Of a stretch of DNA of 24,937 bases, positions 17,307 to 24,937 are shown piece after piece; within the stretch, counting starts at the first letter, position 1, and every line of letters starts with the position of its first letter. Made by a program: the position numbers and the translations under genes. Source of the DNA: Candidatus Thorarchaeota archaeon (GTDB lineage Archaea; Asgardarchaeota; Thorarchaeia; Thorarchaeales; Thorarchaeaceae); contig RDNZ01000010.1 in assembly GCA_011364905.1 (NCBI GenBank), positions 52,129 through 77,065 on the forward strand. The letters are read 5' to 3'. The notes beneath the pieces were generated by a model. It searched no databases. It saw only the letters and a program-made list of their open reading frames with translations, and was not told the DNA's origin.

Positions 17307-19094
17307 ATGAACGTAATAGTGTTTCTTCTGATTAGCTTGATAGTTCATGCCATTCCGATTCCTTTCAGACAGGAGATGTTGAGGCCCAACAAATTGATCA
17401 AGTGGCTTCCATTTCGACTTGTCTGGGGTACTGGAGCATGGATTATCATTTGTTTGGTGCTAGTCTCCACGCTACCATGGGCGATTCTCACATTGATAAT
17501 CAGCTTTGGAGCCCTGTTAGTCGTTTCCAGTGGTTTTCGTGCAAGACGTATTGACGAAGTTCTTGAAGGCGTTCGAATGCCATTCGCATGTATTGGCATT
17601 CTCATAGTAATAATCGTACCAGTATTCTCTGGCGTCATAAGCTGGACTTCAGACGTGTCCAATGCGGAGTTCTTTAATTCTATGATAATTGTGAGCAACG
17701 AGCCCCTCTTCAACCATACAATTGCTGATAACAAGGTGAGGCTTGTCACAGAGGAATACGCGACGTATGTGGCGGGTCAACACATGTCGCCATTTGGGTC
17801 CAATGTACGTGTCGCTGCAGCGCACATAACAACGAATCAAAATGGAACACTGGTTTGGGTGTGTACGATTGTATCAACGAACGTCCTAGCTGAGAATTAT
17901 GTGAAGGGTTTCATTGTTGTAGATGCTAACGACCCACAATCAGTAGAACCTCAACTCATTTTGAATACGACGATTCCTGTGGGAGAGGGACTATTCTGGG
18001 ACAAGGACATCCAATTTAGAAACTACTTGAATGATATGACAGCTAGCTATCAATATGCATATCCAACATGGGACCCCGTTGGAAATCTTGTATATATCCA
18101 AACCCGAACACCTCTCGGATTCGACTTTGTTGAAAGAGCGAGCGGGCCTATCGTCTATGCTGAGAATGGTTCAGTCTTTAGTTATGCGACCATCGAGGAT
18201 ACTCCTGACTGGATAACTCAAGCCTATGGAGAGCAGTATCTCGAACGCCAGATCACACGATGGGGCAGCTATCGTCGGGGAGATGGTTTTGATCTTTTTG
18301 CTGGAGGACTACTATGGTTTATCCCGCCCTCAAACAGCCGGTTAGAGATAACAGAGGACACCCGGTACATCGTCAACCCTGATACAAACCGAGTTGAAGC
18401 ATTCATAGCCGTCCATCCTGTCACCTCAAGCAGAACGTTGGCTGGTGTCTTCAGAGCTACAAAAGATGCTGTCTATTACCATGATTTTAGCGCAGAAGGC
18501 TATGTGAGCGGTGACGCTGCTTCTGCTGCGGTTGTAGCAGACATCGGGGCTCCTGCCAGCGGATCATATTATGGCGCAATGCCACTACTATATCCTGTTG
18601 CCATCAATTCAACTCTGATAAAGTGGACCTGGTATACACCAATCTATTGGGCTGACTACCAGTACGACGCGGAAACTGATGAATACACTGCGACGAATAT
18701 GCGACTTTATGCACTGGGTATGGTGGATGCCTCAGACGCAGACAAGCATACCTGGGTACCTCAGCAAGGATTGATCACTGGTGCAGATTTTGTTTATGCG
18801 GTGCGTTCAGAGTATGTGAAACTCTTTGGGGGATCGATCGAACCTGAACCATCGAGCGCCTTTACAATGAGTGCATCTGTGGTAAACAAGACATCATATG
18901 TTGAAAATGGAAATACCCACATTGTACTTCGGACAGATAATGCCACAATTCCATATATTGAGGGGGCACGAGCTTGGATGAACTTAACCGACTGGTATAC
19001 TCTACTGAACGAGATTGGTGCGGGTGACAGTTTCACAGCCTCAATCCAGATTGTTGGTGACATGTATAGGATTGTAGCAATAACAAAGATCTAG
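17307..19094 (+). CDS. Hypothetical membrane protein: about 4 N-terminal TM helices plus a large, probably extracellular, beta-rich region
   Basis: 595-aa ORF with a GAGGT RBS. The first ~115 aa are hydrophobic; the rest is Tyr/Trp/Thr-rich with N-x-S/T sequons (NHT, NGT, NTT, NGS, NST, NKT, NAT, NLT). Confidence 0.8.
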   Translation: MNVIVFLLISLIVHAIPIPFRQEMLRPNKLIKWLPFRLVWGTGAWIIICLVLVSTLPWAILTLIISFGALLVVSSGFRARRIDEVLEGVRMPFACIGILIVIIVPVFSGVISWTSDVSNAEFFNSMIIVSNEPLFNHTIADNKVRLVTEEYATYVAGQHMSPFGSNVRVAAAHITTNQNGTLVWVCTIVSTNVLAENYVKGFIVVDANDPQSVEPQLILNTTIPVGEGLFWDKDIQFRNYLNDMTASYQYAYPTWDPVGNLVYIQTRTPLGFDFVERASGPIVYAENGSVFSYATIEDTPDWITQAYGEQYLERQITRWGSYRRGDGFDLFAGGLLWFIPPSNSRLEITEDTRYIVNPDTNRVEAFIAVHPVTSSRTLAGVFRATKDAVYYHDFSAEGYVSGDAASAAVVADIGAPASGSYYGAMPLLYPVAINSTLIKWTWYTPIYWADYQYDAETDEYTATNMRLYALGMVDASDADKHTWVPQQGLITGADFVYAVRSEYVKLFGGSIEPEPSSAFTMSASVVNKTSYVENGNTHIVLRTDNATIPYIEGARAWMNLTDWYTLLNEIGAGDSFTASIQIVGDMYRIVAITKI

Positions 19095-19102
19095 AAAGTG
19101 AA

Positions 19103-19131
19103 AGGGGTGGATCATTTCCACCTTTCTTTTT
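19103..19131. terminator. Hairpin plus T-tract between convergent genes (likely terminator)
   Basis: AGGGGTGGA (19103-19111) pairs with TCCACCTTT (19117-19125), followed by CTTTTT, in the 37-nt gap between convergent stops. Confidence 0.55.
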
Positions 19132-20301
19132 CTATTCCGGGAAAAACTCCTTGAAGACCTCGCGTTGAATGAGAAATCGAAGAATCTCCGCCGTCCCACC
19201 ACCGATCGTCATGAGTCGTGCATCTCTGAGGAACCGCTCGACTGGATAATCAGTGGTATATCCCATCCCACCAAGAATCTGTAGGGCATCATTGGTAATC
19301 TGAATAGCAGCCTCAGTGGTGTAGAGCTTTGCAATTGACGCCTGTTTCGTAATCTTCTCGCCTTTGTCATACATCCTTGCCGCTGTGAGTGTGAGGGCGC
19401 GTCCTGCTTCAAGCTTCATTGCCATGTCAGCAACTTTGAAGCTTACTCCCTCAAATGCACGTATGGGCCGTCCGAACTGGTGGCGTTCATTTGCATACTT
19501 GACAGAAATCTCATAGGGAGTCCTGGCATATCCAATAGCCTCTCCTGCGATAGCAGTTCTCTCTGAGTCTAACTCATCCATCAAAATATGGAAGCCTTCA
19601 CCGGGCTTTCCGAGAAGCCTGTCACCAGGCACCCGGACATCCTCGAATTTCAACCAAGAAACCCTGGCTGATTTCATACCTAGAAGCTCGTGGTCTTGCA
19701 CGACCTTGAATCCATCAGACTTTGTGTCAACTATGAATGCAGACATGCCATCCTTTGAGTGAACATCGGGATTAGTAATGGCGAAAGCACACATGTAGTC
19801 AGCTTGGCTCCCGTTCGTGATGAACCTCTTCTCACCGTTGAGGACCCAGTCATCTCCATCTTTCACAGCCTTAGTCTTCATTCCTGCAGTATCACTACCG
19901 ACATCAGGTTCGGTAATACCAATACAACCAATTTTCTCACCAGCCACCACTGGCTCTAAGAACTTCTTCCTTTGTTCAGGAGTTCCAAAACGTGAAACGG
20001 GCATTCCATAGAGCGTCGTGGAAGCCATACGAGCCATGTCGAGACCTCCATTCACAGCCGAGATCTCCTCAGCAACTATGATCTCATAGGAAAGACCTCT
20101 ATCCGTTCCACCATCAGCTCTGTCATGGTGAACACCCATATACCCCGCCTTTCCAATCTTTCTGAGAAGCTCCCTGGGATATGGGCCCTTGTCAATTTCA
20201 TCCGCAATTGGTGCGATTTCCTTTGCACAGAACTCCTGTAGTTCTCTTCTAAAGGCAATCTCATCGTCGGTCCAAAGGGCACTTGTAAGATAGTCAACCA
20301 T
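19132..20301 (-). CDS. Acyl-CoA dehydrogenase (isovaleryl-CoA/LCAD-type position of the catalytic Glu)
   Basis: Motifs GITEPDVGSD, LNGEKRFITNG, R.QFGRPI, ALQILGGMGY and ERFLRDARLMTIGGGTAEI, with LDSER on helix G. Confidence 0.93.
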   Translation of the reverse strand: MVDYLTSALWTDDEIAFRRELQEFCAKEIAPIADEIDKGPYPRELLRKIGKAGYMGVHHDRADGGTDRGLSYEIIVAEEISAVNGGLDMARMASTTLYGMPVSRFGTPEQRKKFLEPVVAGEKIGCIGITEPDVGSDTAGMKTKAVKDGDDWVLNGEKRFITNGSQADYMCAFAITNPDVHSKDGMSAFIVDTKSDGFKVVQDHELLGMKSARVSWLKFEDVRVPGDRLLGKPGEGFHILMDELDSERTAIAGEAIGYARTPYEISVKYANERHQFGRPIRAFEGVSFKVADMAMKLEAGRALTLTAARMYDKGEKITKQASIAKLYTTEAAIQITNDALQILGGMGYTTDYPVERFLRDARLMTIGGGTAEILRFLIQREVFKEFFPE

Positions 20302-20364
20302 TATTGAAACCTAGATTCTTTGGAAGAGCTTCTGCTTAAATTCATAGCTGCCGGCGCAGAGGTT

Positions 20365-20697
20365 CTACTTTTCAGGTTGATATCGAAATCTACCTTCTTT
20401 ATCGAACTCAATGGATACTGAATCACCAATGCTGACAGCTGCTTTAGCTTGATCAATTGCCAGACAAAGAATCAAAGCACCATGCTCAAGCTCAACAAGC
20501 GCCATCGAGAGCGGGGCTTGAAATCCATCCGGTGGATTGTGAAGTGTCGTAAAACTCAGAACGGTCCCTTGAGGAGACAGATTCAGTTTCTCCATTGCTC
20601 CACCGCTAAATCCGCAATAGGGACAAGTCTCTCTAGGAGGGACAATGATCCTTTGACATGACCTGCATTTTGAGCTGGGTATCGTTTGAGCTGACAT
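20365..20697 (-). CDS. DUF35-family Zn-ribbon/OB-fold protein
   Basis: CRSC...PPR.TCPYC zinc ribbon followed by GTVLSFTTLH.PP.GF..P..MALVEL..G and ..IGD.V OB-fold pattern. Confidence 0.88.
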   Translation of the reverse strand: MSAQTIPSSKCRSCQRIIVPPRETCPYCGFSGGAMEKLNLSPQGTVLSFTTLHNPPDGFQAPLSMALVELEHGALILCLAIDQAKAAVSIGDSVSIEFDKEGRFRYQPEK

Positions 20698-20778
20698 TGT
20701 ATGCCAGTCCTATATTCCCTTCATGAAAAGGTTTCGTACTAACATGAATCTCGGTGCAGAGATTCAAACCTACGAAAA

Positions 20779-23700
20779 TCACTCCTCAATATCCCTGAAA
20801 GACTCCACTAGGCTGATTAGCTCCTGCTTCGTCAGACGTTTGAGCTCGTTGGGAGGGGTGGTTTTTCTGATATCTTCAGGGATGAGCTCGAGGAGTTCCT
20901 TCTTGGTCATTGTTGATAGATCCACCGGAGCTTTTGGTTCGATGAACTCCTCAGGAACACTATCGTAGTCAGGATACTCTGGTTTCACCTCAGGTTCCGC
21001 AATGGGTTCCTCGATTGCCTCTGGTTCCAACTCCGGTTCAGGGAGAGGCTCCTCTGAAATCTCGGGTCCTTCACTGATTGGAGTCTCAGGCTCAATCTCA
21101 GGTTCTTCTATCGGAGCCTCCATTTCTTCAGGCTCTGGAACTTCAGTGACAGCTTCAATCTCAGGTTCCACTGGCAGTTCTTCAGCCAAGAGTAACTCCT
21201 CATCCATTGGTGGAAGCTCCGTCTCCACTGGCTCAGGTGAAATCTCAGGCTCTGCGACACCCTCAAGCTCGGCAGGTTCAGCCACCTCGGGTACAACCTC
21301 CTCAGGGGCGGCCTCAACCTCAGGCTCGATGGTTTCCGGTTCTACTGGAGCAACTTCCGCTACGGGTTCAGAAACTCCGAAATCACCGGGCTCCAAGTCT
21401 TTAGTGCCAACCGTAGCTCCGCCTTTTCGTCGACGTGACGCAACAATCGCCACACCAAGAACTGCAATACCACCTCCGGCTCCAAGAATCATCAAGGTCA
21501 TTGGATCAAGCGCAAAGGGAGCAGCTCCAACCCACTCGACCTCAACGCTCAGACCAGCTGTGTCGAGTGAGGAAACTCCATAGTTGTTTCCTGAAACACT
21601 GCTGACAGTGAATGTGTAATTGCCAGAAACCGACTTTGTAACTGATGCGCTCCAATAACCGCCTGCTGAGATATATGACATTGGCACAGATGCAATACCG
21701 TCATTCAGAGTAACCAGACCATCAGTGACTGAAGTAGAGTCGAACTCGTACTCCAGTACTACATGAATCTCTGTTGGAGAGTTAACATCTACTGACGAAG
21801 TTGTAGCTGTGATGGATGTAACTCGAATCCGGTCCCAGATCACTGTTGCGTCGGAAGCTGTCTGCACGAATGCACTCATCTCCCCAAGAGATGCTGACAG
21901 AATGCTATAACTCATACTACCGACAGTACTCTCAGTGACTGATGCAACATAGACACCAGCTGATAGGGTAAGGGCGATTGATCCAGTCATCTGGGCTGTG
22001 ACTCCACTGGTAATGGAGATGCCCGCACTCTCGAGTCGCACACTCCATTCAATATTAGTTGAATCCTCGACATTGATTCTGGAGTCAACCACTGACACCG
22101 AGTAGAACTCAAGGCGGTCCCAGTACACAGTGACAATGTTGCTGTTCATGTTGTACCCATCGATTCCATAGAGAGATGCATTGCAGGTTGTGAGATCATC
22201 AAAGTCTATGGTTTGATACGAACCGACTGTGACTAGGGTTTCCCAAACGCCAGCCCCAACATGAGTCAGTGGGTTGCCTGAAACAGCAAATGTGCCTGCT
22301 AGAACTGGAGTTCCATCATATTCATACTCTAGTCCAACAGATATTGATACATTGTCATTAGGATCGTGGTATAGCTCATCAGCATCAATTGAAACTACTC
22401 GCACTCGATCCCAGATACAGAATGTGACATCATTGATTCCAATGGCTGTTATCCCGTATGAGTCGCCTGTTGCAGTGACTACAGTATAGGCCTGTTTCTG
22501 CGGAGTTGCATACAGAAAGTTTGTGTTGTTTAGTATCAAGTTTCCATCAAATGCTATACCATGGAAAGCATATACAGCACTTGCAACAATTCCACTTGCA
22601 TTGGCACCAACATTGATTCGCTGATCTGTTGGGTTGCTTATCGTAATTACCAGTGAGTCCCAAAGTACTTGCTGTATTGATGTTGAATCGGACCATTGAG
22701 TTAGTCCGTAGGTCAGCTCACTCGCAGAAAACACATCAAAGAGGACCAATACAGGACTAGCAGAGGTTTCTTGCCATCGCCAGTAGAGATTACCGGGGTC
22801 CCAAGCAAGAGTTCGCGATCCATTCAGAACGATTGTCAAACCACTCTGAATCTCTACGGAGTCATACTCGTACCTTGCACGCCACCAGACATCGCAAGCA
22901 GTATCGATGTCTATCCAATCATCAACTGTTCCAGCTTCATAGATCTCAATCCTATCGGTGATGAAGGTGTCGGTCAGACTAGTCGTGTAATAGAGATCAA
23001 CTGCTCCAGAACCAGCACCTTCGGGAACAATCTTGAATGTGTAGGTGTTCATGCGGACTGCTGCTGCTGAACCGATGCTAGAGATGCTGAAACTGCCTGT
23101 TACAAGGTCACCGCTCCAGGCTCCAGCAAGGTCATGAATGACCCAGACATCAGTCTCATTGGAATGCGGGCTTAGAGCAGAGCCGAAGTAGGTAACGGAG
23201 CCAGTGCCGACCAAGTCGGCAGTGTTGACATCTCCTCGATCCTCAGATAATGAGGGAACAACGGAATAGGTAAGACGGGTTTCCATATTCCAGTTGGTCT
23301 CATAGAAGTCTGAAGCACTCGTAATACCGTCACTAACAAACTGAAGAATGTCTGTGTTTACGACATTTGAGTGATTCCAACCAATTTTGATGTACCAAGT
23401 AATTGTAAGAGTGTCACCCACGCCTACCGCATTGGACAAGAGACCTATACTCACATTCGATCCACCAGATTCAACAGAGAATAGACCTGAACCAGCGGTG
23501 TATCGAATGGTCCAGTACTGAGTGACATCGTCATCTGAGTAGAGTGTCAGCTCAACATAGTTGATGTCAATATACCCATCAGGATCGCTAACAGATGTGA
23601 TTATCACGTAGTATCGATACCGCGCATAGAGGTAGTCTGTATCATCAGCATTCGTTAGCACCGGACTTGAATCGTTAACGGGAGCTTCGTTCGGAGCAAG

Positions 23701-24936
23701 CGACCAGATCACCTGCAGAGTATTGCATGTGAAAGCAGTGATGCCAAATGCGGATTCACTTGTTACAAAGCTTACAGTGTATGAGTATGTCATGTTAATA
23801 TTGGTGTCAATGAAGGATGATACATTTGCCAAATCGAACGAGTGCCACCAGGTAGAATTGCGCGATATCACAATTTGGTAGGTTGTGCAGTTCTGGTTGT
23901 CGTAAGCATACTTCACGATGAGTGAGAAATTCTCCTGGACACCGTTCAACAGAGTTGCGTCATCCACTCGAATTTCAATGATTAGTTCATCCCAGACACA
24001 AGAAGTCATGTCATTAACGGAAACAGCAGTGATACCGTGAGTCCCTCCGCTCGCTGAACTAACTGTATACCATTGAATCTGGGCAGTAGCATAGCTGAAT
24101 TGAGTATTGTTCAGGGTAAGGGTTCCATCGAATGGCGTTCCATCATAGTCATAGACAGCAGTAACAATGATTCCTGTGGCGTTGGAACCGACATCGATCC
24201 TTTGGTCTGCCGGATCAGAAATTGTTATTGTCAACGAATCCCAGATGCACCAAGTCATGTCATTAGTGGAGATTGCTGAGATTCCATAGGAGTCCCCACT
24301 TGCAGAGCTAACAGAATACCATTGAATCTGAGCCGAGAGATAGTTGAATTGAGTATTATTTAGTGAAAGCGTGCCATCAAACGCGGCTCCATCGTAATCA
24401 TACAATGCTGTGACAATGATCCCTGAGGCATTTGTGTTGATATTGATCCACTGGTCGATAGGCCCAACGATAGTAATTGTCAATGAGTCCCAAATACAGT
24501 AGGTCGCATCATTTGTTGAAATTGCAGTGATGCCATGAGAACTGCCGCTAATTGAGTCAACAGTATACCACTGGATTTGAGCGGAGAGATAGTCAAACTG
24601 TGTATTGTTGAGAGTGAGGGCCCCATCGAATGGTGTTCCATCATAGTCATAGACTGCAGAAACAATGATTCCTGTGGCATTGGACCCGATGTTGATTCGC
24701 TGGTTCAACGGATTGGTGATCGTTATAGTCAATGAGTCCCAGATGCAATATGTTGCATCGCTAGTTGATATAGCAGAGATTCCGTAAGCACTACCACTCA
24801 CCGATTCTACAACATACCACTGAATCTGTGCATTTGAATAGCTAAACTGGGTGTTGTTCAATGTAATTGTACCATTAAATGCAGTTCCATCGTAATCATA
24901 AACCGCGGATACGAGAATCCCTGTTGCATTTGCGTT
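20779..24936 (-). CDS. Giant single-pass cell-surface (adhesin/S-layer-like) protein; 5' end lies beyond the window
   Basis: The frame stays open past the track's TTG at 24861 to the window edge (NANATGILVSAVYDYDGTAFNGTITLNNTQ...). Tandem 83-aa beta-rich repeats, one TM (MTLMILGAGGGIAVLGVAIVA) followed by SRRRK, then a Glu/Pro-rich tail. Confidence 0.9.
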   Translation of the reverse strand, partial: NANATGILVSAVYDYDGTAFNGTITLNNTQFSYSNAQIQWYVVESVSGSAYGISAISTSDATYCIWDSLTITITNPLNQRINIGSNATGIIVSAVYDYDGTPFDGALTLNNTQFDYLSAQIQWYTVDSISGSSHGITAISTNDATYCIWDSLTITIVGPIDQWININTNASGIIVTALYDYDGAAFDGTLSLNNTQFNYLSAQIQWYSVSSASGDSYGISAISTNDMTWCIWDSLTITISDPADQRIDVGSNATGIIVTAVYDYDGTPFDGTLTLNNTQFSYATAQIQWYTVSSASGGTHGITAVSVNDMTSCVWDELIIEIRVDDATLLNGVQENFSLIVKYAYDNQNCTTYQIVISRNSTWWHSFDLANVSSFIDTNINMTYSYTVSFVTSESAFGITAFTCNTLQVIWSLAPNEAPVNDSSPVLTNADDTDYLYARYRYYVIITSVSDPDGYIDINYVELTLYSDDDVTQYWTIRYTAGSGLFSVESGGSNVSIGLLSNAVGVGDTLTITWYIKIGWNHSNVVNTDILQFVSDGITSASDFYETNWNMETRLTYSVVPSLSEDRGDVNTADLVGTGSVTYFGSALSPHSNETDVWVIHDLAGAWSGDLVTGSFSISSIGSAAAVRMNTYTFKIVPEGAGSGAVDLYYTTSLTDTFITDRIEIYEAGTVDDWIDIDTACDVWWRARYEYDSVEIQSGLTIVLNGSRTLAWDPGNLYWRWQETSASPVLVLFDVFSASELTYGLTQWSDSTSIQQVLWDSLVITISNPTDQRINVGANASGIVASAVYAFHGIAFDGNLILNNTNFLYATPQKQAYTVVTATGDSYGITAIGINDVTFCIWDRVRVVSIDADELYHDPNDNVSISVGLEYEYDGTPVLAGTFAVSGNPLTHVGAGVWETLVTVGSYQTIDFDDLTTCNASLYGIDGYNMNSNIVTVYWDRLEFYSVSVVDSRINVEDSTNIEWSVRLESAGISITSGVTAQMTGSIALTLSAGVYVASVTESTVGSMSYSILSASLGEMSAFVQTASDATVIWDRIRVTSITATTSSVDVNSPTEIHVVLEYEFDSTSVTDGLVTLNDGIASVPMSYISAGGYWSASVTKSVSGNYTFTVSSVSGNNYGVSSLDTAGLSVEVEWVGAAPFALDPMTLMILGAGGGIAVLGVAIVASRRRKGGATVGTKDLEPGDFGVSEPVAEVAPVEPETIEPEVEAAPEEVVPEVAEPAELEGVAEPEISPEPVETELPPMDEELLLAEELPVEPEIEAVTEVPEPEEMEAPIEEPEIEPETPISEGPEISEEPLPEPELEPEAIEEPIAEPEVKPEYPDYDSVPEEFIEPKAPVDLSTMTKKELLELIPEDIRKTTPPNELKRLTKQELISLVESFRDIEE
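22411..22662 (-). repeat. Isolated, more diverged copy of the 83-aa repeat
   Basis: WDSLVITISNPTDQRINVGANASGI...YGITAIGINDVTFCIWD, with Trp codons at 22660-22662 and 22411-22413 (249 bp apart). Confidence 0.85.
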
Positions 24937-24937
24937 G
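23992..24937 (-). repeat. Coding tandem repeat with a 249-bp (83-aa) period: three full copies plus one partial copy in the window
   Basis: Trp codons of the 'WD' boundary at 24739-24741, 24490-24492, 24241-24243 and 23992-23994, each exactly 249 bp apart. Confidence 0.9.

Noticed and set aside
21002-21583. 193-aa Ser/Gly-rich ORF on the + strand
   Set aside because: It is the antisense shadow of the Glu/Pro-rich tail: reverse-complemented GAA/GAG/CCT/CCA-rich sequence gives Ser/Gly codons and few stops. There is no independent evidence for it.
837-24680. Remaining 60-135-aa ORFs nested within or antisense to the called genes
   Set aside because: They lie inside well-supported CDSs and have no motifs or RBS support, as expected for shadow ORFs.
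24859-24861. TTG start assigned to the 1360-aa ORF
   Set aside because: It is an internal Leu of the repeat (TLNNTQ). The frame is open to the window edge and no signal peptide follows.
23992-24937. Possible CRISPR array or WD40 repeats
   Set aside because: The period is 249 bp, in frame and without unique spacers. The 83-aa unit lacks the GH...WD ~40-aa pattern of WD40.

Overview
A gene-dense (19 CDS) window with no mobile elements, CRISPR arrays, rRNA or tRNA that I can detect. It looks archaeal: GGTGA/GGAGG ribosome-binding sites, many TTG starts, TATA-like promoters, an archaeal-type LeuC/HacA and a DUF35 protein. The overall style suggests an Asgard archaeon, possibly Thorarchaeia-like (inference only). 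Left to right: DUF1858 protein, panB, an atypical P-type ATPase, a divergent membrane-anchored subtilase, a plus-strand run (MFS transporter, PHP/HisJ phosphatase, 4-TM protein, two TPR proteins, GH36 alpha-galactosidase), an FAH-family enzyme divergent from a Zn-protein/LeuB-like/LeuC-like/LeuD-like operon, an unknown membrane protein, an acyl-CoA dehydrogenase, a DUF35 protein, and the 3' part of a giant repeat-rich surface protein. Main points of interest: (1) the ATPase has a P2A scaffold but a rewired transport site (M4 PINIP instead of PEGLP; His at the SERCA D800 position); (2) the protease architecture resembles eukaryotic site-1 protease (MBTPS1); (3) the single-pass surface protein has 83-aa repeats and an acidic cytoplasmic tail ending in a helix-extension-helix (Rho_N/SAP/LEM-like) module; (4) two intergenic regions have RNA-like structure. 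All homology statements come from motif recall, not database searches.
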